From Candidatus Poribacteria bacterium (GTDB lineage Bacteria > Poribacteria > WGA-4E > JAJDTR01), in the NCBI GenBank assembly GCA_965232235.1, contig OZ246960.1, positions 2,918,536 to 2,982,535 of the forward strand: a DNA stretch of 64,000 nucleotides, written 5' to 3'. Below are positions 56,695 through 64,000 of this stretch, piece after piece (positions within the stretch are counted from its first letter, which is position 1; every line of letters starts with the position of its first letter). The notes below the pieces were generated by a model that worked only from the letters and a program-made list of their open reading frames with translations, did no database searches and was not told where the DNA came from. Both the position numbers and the translations under genes were made by a program.

Positions 56695-57192
56695 ATGAAT
56701 ATTGGGTACGAGGTTTATGAAAATTACCTCCAATCCTTCGGCAGCCGTCTGAAATCGTCCTTTGGTAGTGAGAGAATTCTCTCCATTGCACTTTTCGGAT
56801 CTGTTGCGAGAAGGCAAGCCCGATCGGACAGTGATATTGACCTCTTGGTAGTCCACAAAGAAGTGGATTTCAACCCGGTACACCGGTCTGTCGATATTGT
56901 TCTTGCGTTAAGGGAGGAAAACGAGTATAAGCGCCTTATTGAGCAAGAGCTGAATCCGCAGCCTTTTTGCATCTTCATGACCGAGGGTGAACTTTGGGAT
57001 AGACCGCACATCTTACTCGACATTCTCGTCGAAGGCATCCTGCTATATGACATAGGCGTATTGGAGTCTCGCCTCCAAGCACTGAGAGAGCGGCTCAACG
57101 CCTTGGGATCGAAACGAGTTGCGTTACCGGACGGGACATGGTATTGGGATTTGAAACCGGACTGGAAGCCGGGTGAGATAATCGAGTTATGA
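56695..57192 (+). CDS. Nucleotidyltransferase-domain protein (MNT-type, putative antitoxin)
   Basis: Minimal NTase motif GSVARRQARSDSDIDLLV. It overlaps the downstream HEPN gene by 4 nt (ATGA). Confidence 0.75.
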   Translation: MNIGYEVYENYLQSFGSRLKSSFGSERILSIALFGSVARRQARSDSDIDLLVVHKEVDFNPVHRSVDIVLALREENEYKRLIEQELNPQPFCIFMTEGELWDRPHILLDILVEGILLYDIGVLESRLQALRERLNALGSKRVALPDGTWYWDLKPDWKPGEIIEL

Positions 57193-57599
57193 ACAATACC
57201 GACCTAAATGGCAGGCTAATCCTAGAGTCTCAGATGATCATGGAGGAAGCAAGACGTGCATTCAACAGCGAAGCTTGGAATCTCGTCGTACGAAGGTCGC
57301 AAGAGGTGGTTGAATTGTCGCTGAAGGGGCTTTTGAAGCTCATGGGTGTCGAATCTCCGAAAACACACGATGTTGGTGACACCTTCGCCAAAGTCTGTAC
57401 GGATAAGAAAATTGCGATTTCGAGTCGGAAACTGGCGGAGATGCAACGGATTTCTCATCAGTTGGCACGTGATCGGGCACCTGCGTTTTATATGGAGAAA
57501 GAATATTCACGAGAACAAGCTAGCCAAGCCTTGCAGTCCGCCGAAACAGTGTTAACCGAAGCCGAAGAAATGACTCAAAGACTTAATTTAGCCAGGTAA
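57189..57599 (+). CDS. HEPN-domain protein (putative toxin partner of MNT)
   Basis: ~136-aa all-helical protein. The pattern EEARRAF..W.LVVRRSQEVVELSLKGLL...G...PKTHDV matches the classic HEPN fold context, and it is coupled to the MNT gene. Confidence 0.65.
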   Translation: MNNTDLNGRLILESQMIMEEARRAFNSEAWNLVVRRSQEVVELSLKGLLKLMGVESPKTHDVGDTFAKVCTDKKIAISSRKLAEMQRISHQLARDRAPAFYMEKEYSREQASQALQSAETVLTEAEEMTQRLNLAR

Positions 57600-57639
57600 T
57601 ACTAATCTCTATCGAATTAATACGCGGAGTACGTTAATT

Positions 57640-58659
57640 GTGAAAGCGGCAGTATTTGAGCAAACAGGTAAACTGAGTATACGGGACAAGCCTATTCCGA
57701 ATCTCGTCTCTGGCGATGTCCTTATCAAGGTCGATCTGTGCGGTGTCTGTGCTTCCGACCTCGCCGCCCTCAACGGGGACGTTACGGATTATTCACCTCC
57801 TGTCGTGATGGGGCATGAACTTGCCGGTGTTGTTGTCGACAGCCGACATTCTAATGTAATGGTCGGCGACAAAGTTACTGTCAACCCAATGCTCTCGTGT
57901 GGAACCTGCGAATACTGTCAAGCCGACCTAGACAAATATTGTGAAAACATTGAAGGGATTGGACACGATATTGACGGCGGATACGCCGAATACATGCGCA
58001 TGCCGAAACACGGGATAGACACCGGCAAACTCATTTCTGTCCCGCAATCAATCACCGCGGAAGCCCTCCTTTTTCTTGAGCCTTTGGGGTGTTGTCTCAA
58101 TGCGATGCGCGAGACCATTTTTGACAAGAGTGTGGCAATCTTGGGCGCTGGTCCCATCGGACTCCTGTTCGCCCAATTGACCAAAAAAAGCGGCTTGCAG
58201 ACGTTCGTGTTAGAGCCGCTTGCTCATCGTCGCGGAGCGGCAGAGAAAATTGGTGTAGAAGCGGCTATTGACATCACAGAGGAACGCATTGCCGCGCTTA
58301 TTGAGACTACCAATGGCGGTGTAGACACCGTCATATCGGCGACGACGAACAATCAACGTGCTATTGACCTTGCGTTCAAAGTTGCCCGGCGTGGAGGCTG
58401 CATCAACTTCTTCGGACTTGCTCCCGCCGGACAGGAAATTCGGGTCAATCTAGAACACTTTCACTACATGGGCAACAAATTGATGGCGTCGTGGGCGTTC
58501 TCACGATGGAGTCTGAACGAGTCTCGCCGGATACTTATCGGACAGGAGCTTGATTTTACGCCACTACTCACGCATCGATTTCCCGTTAAACAAGCGGTTG
58601 AAGCATTTGAAAACGCGCGGAAACAGCAAGGTGTGAAAAGCGTTCTTACCGGCGCATGA
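57640..58659 (+). CDS. Zinc-dependent medium-chain alcohol/polyol dehydrogenase
   Basis: Catalytic Zn ligands CGVCASD..GHELAGVV, structural Zn cluster CGTCEYCQADLDKYC and NAD motif LGAGPIG. GTG start. Confidence 0.85.
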   Translation: MKAAVFEQTGKLSIRDKPIPNLVSGDVLIKVDLCGVCASDLAALNGDVTDYSPPVVMGHELAGVVVDSRHSNVMVGDKVTVNPMLSCGTCEYCQADLDKYCENIEGIGHDIDGGYAEYMRMPKHGIDTGKLISVPQSITAEALLFLEPLGCCLNAMRETIFDKSVAILGAGPIGLLFAQLTKKSGLQTFVLEPLAHRRGAAEKIGVEAAIDITEERIAALIETTNGGVDTVISATTNNQRAIDLAFKVARRGGCINFFGLAPAGQEIRVNLEHFHYMGNKLMASWAFSRWSLNESRRILIGQELDFTPLLTHRFPVKQAVEAFENARKQQGVKSVLTGA

Positions 58660-58861
58660 ATTGCACCAGATTGAACGGTGCGGGCAAAGCGTGTGGACAT
58701 ATCGGTTCACTTTGAGCGTAGAAGCAAGAATATAACCGTAATATTACTGGCACTGAAACTGCATTCAATATACTTGCAATACTTGCACAACGATCGCGAA
58801 TCTCCCAACTTGAACACATAGGCACCACATCCAAACAACTCACTCTTCTTGAGCGCTATTC

Positions 58862-59785
58862 GTGATGAAGACCTTGAAGGCATTCCTTGAACTCATCCGA
58901 TATCCCCTCTTTGCCATCCCGATTGTCGCCACTCTGCCGGGGACTCTAATTGCGTCCGAGGGGCGAATAAACTGGCGTGTCGGAGTAACGTTGTTGACAG
59001 CCCTGCTCGGGTACTTCGCGGGGATGATGAAAAACGATTACTTCCACCGGGGACAAGATGCGGTCGCGAATCCGCACCGTCCGCTTCCGTCACACCGATT
59101 AACTCCCCGGCAGGTAATGATTACGGCGAGCACTATCTATATCGTCTGCGTTATTCTAGGATTTGTGCTCCATTTCAAGGCAGGGCTACTCGTGGTTGCT
59201 CTTGTGATGATTTCCCACTGTTACAACGCCATTTTCAAAGAGCGCGGAGTATTGGGAAGCATCAGTCTACCAATCGGCATTGGGTTGCTAAACGTATTTG
59301 GCGCGTTAGCCGTGAGCGGCGGGGTACCGCGCTTGGCTTGGTATGCGTTTGCCGCAACAATGCTCTACGATTGCGGCACGCACATTACGACAACTTTCAA
59401 GGACATTGAGCGTGACAAGAAAATCGGGATAACTACCACTCCCCTACAGTTGGGCATCAAACCTGCGCTCGCCGTTTCCGCCATTGCAACAATCTGTGCC
59501 TTCATCGTTGCGGCTTTGCCGCACTGGTTGGAAGGCGTCAGTTGGCACTACACTCTATGGATTCTCTGTGCGTTGATTGCCACGAGTATTACCCGACTGC
59601 CGCTCTATCTGGAGGCAAACGAAAAGAACGGTTATCGCGCATTGAAGGGTTCCATGGTTGGCGCCATAACATTTTTTCCCTGTCTAATTGGCGTCCAATT
59701 CTCGATATGGCAGTCCGCGCTAGTCATTGTGCCGCTCCTCTTGATAACGCTGGTTCTATTGCAGATCACGAAGCGGGAAGTTTAG
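58862..59785 (+). CDS. UbiA-superfamily prenyltransferase with atypical first Asp-rich motif
   Basis: 8-9 TM helices. The first motif NDYFHRGQD (59033-59059) has His where the canonical NDxxDxxxD has Asp. The second motif is FKDIERDKKIG. Confidence 0.75.
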   Translation: MMKTLKAFLELIRYPLFAIPIVATLPGTLIASEGRINWRVGVTLLTALLGYFAGMMKNDYFHRGQDAVANPHRPLPSHRLTPRQVMITASTIYIVCVILGFVLHFKAGLLVVALVMISHCYNAIFKERGVLGSISLPIGIGLLNVFGALAVSGGVPRLAWYAFAATMLYDCGTHITTTFKDIERDKKIGITTTPLQLGIKPALAVSAIATICAFIVAALPHWLEGVSWHYTLWILCALIATSITRLPLYLEANEKNGYRALKGSMVGAITFFPCLIGVQFSIWQSALVIVPLLLITLVLLQITKREV

Positions 59786-60036
59786 CTCGACTTTGTACAA
59801 ATGTACAACGATTGGATTGTACGGAAAGGCGTACAAAACCAAACTCGTACGCGGGAATCAAGCGACTGAATAGGGAGCGCGATAGAAATCCCCTTGCCCC
59901 GCCGTGATGGCACTGGAATCCGCCGCCGACTTTTTCAATGGTCAACCAAAAAGACCAGATGGTTAAAATCTCTCCCACTTTTCTTCAACGCTTGAATGAC
60001 ACCGTTCGTTGTCTCGCTCAAATGTACAAAGTCGAG
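59786..60036 (+). mobile_element. 251-bp MITE-like element carrying one core unit of the repeat family
   Basis: Perfect 14-bp terminal inverted repeats CTCGACTTTGTACA (59786-59799) and TGTACAAAGTCGAG (60023-60036). The 5-bp direct repeat TTTAG lies on both flanks (59781-59785, 60037-60041). Internal unit AATCAAGCGACTGAATAGGGAGCGCGATAGAAATCCCC is at 59856-59893. No ORF with coding features. Confidence 0.85.
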
Positions 60037-60041
60037 TTTAG

Positions 60042-60240
60042 GACCTGTTTGAAACGTACACTTGTCGGGTGAGATTAAACGAACGATCAACTGAGTGAAT
60101 AGCGAAGGATCAAGCGACTGAATAAGGAGATCACGGGAGATCAAACGAACGAATAGTGAGTGCGATAGAGATCTTGATAGCGATCGCATTAGAGATTCCA
60201 TAGAGATCCACTGATCGCCATCCACAAAACACTTACCTTC
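60042..60240 (+). repeat. Repeat-family element III: leader + about 4 tandem core units + tail
   Basis: Leader GACCTGTTTGAAACGTACACTTGTCGGGTG (60042-60071). Units at 60073-60107, 60108-60136 and 60139-60173, plus degenerate 60174-60223. Tail CCACAAAACACTTACC follows. Confidence 0.8.
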
Positions 60241-60303
60241 GACATAAGGTCTTGCGACTTACCATCTAACGGGAAACATACAGAAAGAGTTTGGAAGTGT
60301 AAA

Positions 60304-61332
60304 ATGCAGTACATACTGATTGCACTGCTTTCTGCAGTTCTGTTTGGTGCATCGACGCCCATAGGGAAGATACTCCTTAACAGCCTTCCGCCTTTCCAAC
60401 TCGCGGGATTGCTGTATATCGGAGCGGCGATTGGTGTTCTCCCTTTCTCGATAAGACTGAGAAGCGCGAAGAAAATTCATCGGATTGGGAAACGCAATAT
60501 ACTTCGGCTAATCGGAGCAATCTCCTTTGGTGGAGTCGCGGGGCCCGTGTTGCTCCTGTTTGGATTGCAAAAGGCGCCGGCAGCCTCCGTAGCGATGTGG
60601 CTAAACATGGAACTAGCCGCTACCGCTATTCTAGGGTGTCTGCTATTCCGAGAATATCTGGGCGGCTATGGATGGGTAGGAGTTCTCGGTACTATTGCAG
60701 CATCGATGACGTTGTCGTGGCACGGAGGGACAATCGGCATGTATGCCCTGCTGCTTGTTGCCGCAGCCAGCATCTGCTGGGGAATAGACAATCATTTGAC
60801 AGCTTTGATTGACGGGATTACTCCAACTCAAAGCACATTTTGGAAGGGTGCGATTGCGGGCGGGACGAATCTAATTATAAGCGTTATGCTAGAACCGTAT
60901 GGGAAAACGGCGTGGATTCTGGCATCTAGTATAATTGTAGGAGTGTTCTCGTACGGATTCAGTATTAGTCTTTACATCTTGGCGGCACAAAATCTTGGCG
61001 CAACCCGGAGTCAAATGATTTTCGCGAGCGCACCGTTCTTTGGAGTAGCTTTATCCATTATTCTTTTGAACGAGAGCATATCAGCCGTCCAAGTCACGGC
61101 TGCCGCGATTCTCGTTATCTCGCTGACTGTATTGTTTCGAGATCGACACTCCCATTCGCATACCCATGAACCTCTACACCACAAGCATAGACACAGACAT
61201 GACGATGGCCACCACGACCATGTTCACACTGGAGACGAAGACTCGGGCTATCACAGTCATTGGCACACACATGAACCGATGACCCATGCACATCCCCACT
61301 GGTCAGATATCCACCATCGGCACCAGCACTAG
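60304..61332 (+). CDS. DMT/EamA-family permease with C-terminal histidine-rich tail
   Basis: 10 TM helices in two EamA-like halves. The last 61 aa (61147-61329) contain 24 His (HSHSHTHEPLHHKHRHRHDDGHHDHVH...HHRHQH). Confidence 0.8.
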   Translation: MQYILIALLSAVLFGASTPIGKILLNSLPPFQLAGLLYIGAAIGVLPFSIRLRSAKKIHRIGKRNILRLIGAISFGGVAGPVLLLFGLQKAPAASVAMWLNMELAATAILGCLLFREYLGGYGWVGVLGTIAASMTLSWHGGTIGMYALLLVAAASICWGIDNHLTALIDGITPTQSTFWKGAIAGGTNLIISVMLEPYGKTAWILASSIIVGVFSYGFSISLYILAAQNLGATRSQMIFASAPFFGVALSIILLNESISAVQVTAAAILVISLTVLFRDRHSHSHTHEPLHHKHRHRHDDGHHDHVHTGDEDSGYHSHWHTHEPMTHAHPHWSDIHHRHQH

Positions 61333-61444
61333 TCCACTTGCCGAGAGGGACTCGGACAATAAAGAGTCGAGGTTCCGGAACAGGATAGCGCATATACCGA
61401 TGAATGACTGTGGGTGAGACGCCGGTCGCCCCCGACTGTACACT

Positions 61445-62242
61445 ATGAACATGACAACCGCACTCGCAAGGCTCGGTGTTGACGATTACACACTGAGCAC
61501 GAGCGATAGAAGAACGCTAGACGACGACGGATACTTGGTCCTTGAGAACCTGATGACATCGGAGGAAGTTGCCGCCTTCGTCCAACGTCTAAACGCACGC
61601 GCGGAAATTGAGGGTGAAGATGCCGGAAAGGAGGTACACCAGGAGCAAGGCACAATTCGGCTGAGCAATTTGATTGACAAGGATCCGATTTTTGAGAAAT
61701 GTGTGACATCACCCCGGCTTTTGGCGGCAATTCGGCACGTTCTTGGCGATGAGTTTAAATTTTCCTCGTTGAACAGTCGTGCCGCGTTACCCGGGCATGG
61801 ACGACAGGGGTTGCACGCTGATTGGGGTGGAGCTGTAACGCCGGGTGACTATTTTGTATGTAACTCTATTTGGCTACTTTCCGATTTTACTCGGCAAAAC
61901 GGAGCTACTCGTGTTGTACCGGGATCACATCGCTGCGGGCAAACCGCGGCAGACGTGATGTCCGATACAAAAGCCGATCATCCGGATCAGGTTCAACTCA
62001 TCGGAGAGGCCGGCACCGTTGTCGTGTTTAATTCTCACCTCTGGCATGGCGGCATGAAGAACGAAACAGACGCTCCGAGGCGAGCAATGCATGCCTATTT
62101 CTGCCGCAGAGATCAGCGTCAACAACTAGATCAGCGCAAGTGGATCCGCAAGGAAACACTTGCCAGGCTTTCCCTCGAAAGTAAGGTTATTCTTGATGTG
62201 GCGGATGTCGACGAAGGTAGTGAAAACATTGAGAATTTGTAA
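61445..62242 (+). CDS. Phytanoyl-CoA dioxygenase (PhyH) family Fe(II)/2-oxoglutarate oxygenase
   Basis: HxD facial-triad motif (GLHADW), distal His (FNSHLWHGG) and Arg (RRAMHAYF). ~265-aa length fits. Confidence 0.75.
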   Translation: MNMTTALARLGVDDYTLSTSDRRTLDDDGYLVLENLMTSEEVAAFVQRLNARAEIEGEDAGKEVHQEQGTIRLSNLIDKDPIFEKCVTSPRLLAAIRHVLGDEFKFSSLNSRAALPGHGRQGLHADWGGAVTPGDYFVCNSIWLLSDFTRQNGATRVVPGSHRCGQTAADVMSDTKADHPDQVQLIGEAGTVVVFNSHLWHGGMKNETDAPRRAMHAYFCRRDQRQQLDQRKWIRKETLARLSLESKVILDVADVDEGSENIENL

Positions 62243-62266
62243 CCCGGGAAGTAAGGAGGCAAACTC

Positions 62267-63061
62267 ATGACGAAACTGACCCCCGAGGAAATTAGATTTT
62301 TTAGAGACGAAGGTTTTCTCATCAAACGCGGAATCATGGATGCATATCTTACAGCGCAAGCTCGTGGGAGATTGTGGGAGAACGCTCCGCCTGAACTTGA
62401 TCGTGACAATCCCGATACATGGGTTGGGCCGATTCAGGAATACAGACAAAAGAAAGGCGAAAAGGGCGATGATGGCGGCGGGTATGGGTGGTGGTACCGC
62501 AGTATCGGCAGCGAAGAGTGGATGGCACGAATGCTGGTTGCCCATCCCCCAATTTGGGAGATAGTGGAGCAAATGCTAGGTGAAGGCGAAGTCGTTAAAC
62601 CCGACCGAATCCGTGGCATCTATTGCCGCCTTCCCGAAGGCAGTTCCCCGAGAAAACCCCTTGGTTGTCATGTCGACGCCCACGCATTTCATCTGGGCGT
62701 TGTGGGATATATTGATGATGTCGCGCCGAATGGGGGAGGCCTTACGGTTTGGCCCAGAAGCCACCGTGTTTTCTATTTCAGTAATCAAAGGCGGCATCTG
62801 AGAGACAATACGGAACAATACACGAAAAGCCTCGAATACTTCAAGCACAGAACTCCAATCGATTGTCATGGACGAGCCGGCGATGTTGTCTTTTGGCATC
62901 ACCGGTTGGCGCATTCTGCGGGCAGCAATCGATCAAAAGGAATTCGTAAGGCAGTATTGGGTGATTATGTAAAAAAGAACATTGAAAGTACAATGAACGA
63001 ACCGCCTTGTGAAGATATGTGGGAGGAATGGCCTGGAATCCCGCCAAATGGGAAACGGTAG
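62267..63061 (+). CDS. PhyH-family Fe(II)/2-oxoglutarate oxygenase (divergent paralog)
   Basis: N-terminal LTPEEIRFFRDEGFLI, HxD (GCHVDAH) and distal His (FWHHRLAHSAG). AGGAGG lies upstream of the ATG. Confidence 0.7.
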   Translation: MTKLTPEEIRFFRDEGFLIKRGIMDAYLTAQARGRLWENAPPELDRDNPDTWVGPIQEYRQKKGEKGDDGGGYGWWYRSIGSEEWMARMLVAHPPIWEIVEQMLGEGEVVKPDRIRGIYCRLPEGSSPRKPLGCHVDAHAFHLGVVGYIDDVAPNGGGLTVWPRSHRVFYFSNQRRHLRDNTEQYTKSLEYFKHRTPIDCHGRAGDVVFWHHRLAHSAGSNRSKGIRKAVLGDYVKKNIESTMNEPPCEDMWEEWPGIPPNGKR

Positions 63062-63133
63062 ACACTCCGAAGCGACACTGCCTCGCCCCAAAGGTTGGAC
63101 GCCTAGCCGATTTCTGACACCCACCATGATGTG

Positions 63134-64000
63134 ATGACCTTTACCGAGCAGATTAAAGCCCATGCACAGAGATTGGGATTCGAGTTGATTGGCGTTACCC
63201 CTGCCGAGGAAAGTCAAACCATCCGGCTCTATGAGAGGTGGTTGGAAAACGGATACGCCGGGGAAATGGGGTATCTTGAAAAACACCTTCGGTTGAAGCG
63301 TGATCCACGCCATTGCCTGCCTGAAGCAAAGTCGGTCGTCAGTTTGGCAATCAATTATTATACGCTTGATCCTGCCCGAGAACTAGTCGAAAATCCTGCA
63401 AGAGGTCAAATCTCACGGTACGCCTGGGGAGATGATTACCACGAGGTTATTCGCGCTAAATTGCGTAAACTCGCAGAATTCATTGACGAGGCTGGGGGTA
63501 AAAAACTTAAGCAAAAGATTTACGTGGACACGGGACCAATTATCGAGCGTGAATACGCCCAGAAGGCAGGCATCGGATGGATTGGCAAAAATACGAACTT
63601 CATCAACTGGCGGTCGGGTTCATGGCATTTTCTCGCCGAGATTCTCGTAGGCATCGAGTTGGATTACGATTGGCAGTTGCCGCATGGGAGTTGCGGCACG
63701 TGCACCCTTTGCATTGAAGCCTGTCCGACGGATGCAATTGTTGCCCCGAATGTCCTTGATTCTCGCCTTTGCATATCGTACCTTACCATCGAGTTGAAGG
63801 ATAGTATTCCAAGCGAATTACGCCCACAGATGGGCAACCTAATCTTCGGCTGCGACATCTGCCAAGAGGTATGCCCATGGAATAGCAAGGCGACACCGTC
63901 ATCTGAACCGGGATTTCACCCTCGGGAGGAAAACATCGCACCCAAACTGCTTTCCCTTATCGATATGACGCAAGCCGAATTTAGCAAACGCTTTAAGAAT
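63134..64000 (+). CDS. queG: Epoxyqueuosine reductase, 3' end beyond window
   Basis: This ORF is not in the supplied track because it runs off the window. ATG 63134 opens a frame that stays open to nt 64000 (289 codons). The translation is MTFTEQIKAHAQRLGFELIGV..YLEKHLRLKRDP..ISRYAWGDDYH..GIGWIGKNTN, with ferredoxin motifs CGTCTLCIEACPT and CDICQEVCPWN. Confidence 0.88.
   Translation, partial: MTFTEQIKAHAQRLGFELIGVTPAEESQTIRLYERWLENGYAGEMGYLEKHLRLKRDPRHCLPEAKSVVSLAINYYTLDPARELVENPARGQISRYAWGDDYHEVIRAKLRKLAEFIDEAGGKKLKQKIYVDTGPIIEREYAQKAGIGWIGKNTNFINWRSGSWHFLAEILVGIELDYDWQLPHGSCGTCTLCIEACPTDAIVAPNVLDSRLCISYLTIELKDSIPSELRPQMGNLIFGCDICQEVCPWNSKATPSSEPGFHPREENIAPKLLSLIDMTQAEFSKRFKN

Noticed and set aside
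60073-60223. CRISPR array.
   Set aside because: The repeats abut each other without unique spacers, are degenerate, and no cas genes are present in the window.
53688-60223. The GGA-rich units (AAGGAT, GGGAG, ATGGAT) could form a CsrB/RsmZ-like CsrA-sponge sRNA.
   Set aside because: Too many dispersed copies for a sponge sRNA gene. GGA motifs are not consistently placed in hairpin loops. No promoter or terminator pair defines an sRNA, and no csrA context is available. It cannot be supported from sequence alone.

Overview
Gene-dense 64-kb chromosomal segment with about 55 protein-coding genes, roughly 85% on the + strand. I recognised no rRNA, tRNA or CRISPR array. The gene content suggests an uncultivated Gram-negative bacterium of FCB-superphylum type: a T9SS-type CTD cargo next to a PorV-like barrel, a CarboxypepD_reg-type TonB receptor and many lipoproteins. 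Core metabolism includes a fetAB-like ABC exporter, DAHP synthase, citrate synthase-icd-mdh, a futalosine-pathway radical SAM enzyme, purC/purF/purM, folD, nadE and queG. It also includes a corrinoid/methyl-THF methyl-transfer module (corrinoid protein, RACE-type activator, MetF with a Cys-rich C-terminal domain, pterin-binding methyltransferase, small conserved ORF) that lacks a substrate-specific methyltransferase in this window. Accessory content: one IS982-like insertion sequence, an MNT/HEPN pair, a stand-alone FIST protein next to a DAO-type oxidoreductase, tandem PhyH dioxygenases, a DMT permease with a His-rich tail, and very large secreted repeat proteins. The most unusual signal is non-coding. 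A dispersed, modular repeat family resembling BOX elements occupies at least ten intergenic loci. It has a conserved ~30-nt leader, 1-5 degenerate ~36-nt GATC-bounded units and a C-rich tail. One 251-bp member has perfect 14-bp terminal inverted repeats and a 5-bp target-site duplication, placed exactly at a stop codon. The family also fills much of one of the two ~1.2-1.3-kb ORF-free regions (37071-38293) and has copies in the other (17574-18885). I do not recognise it as a described repeat or RNA family. All protein family calls come from reading motifs by eye and need HMM/BLAST confirmation.
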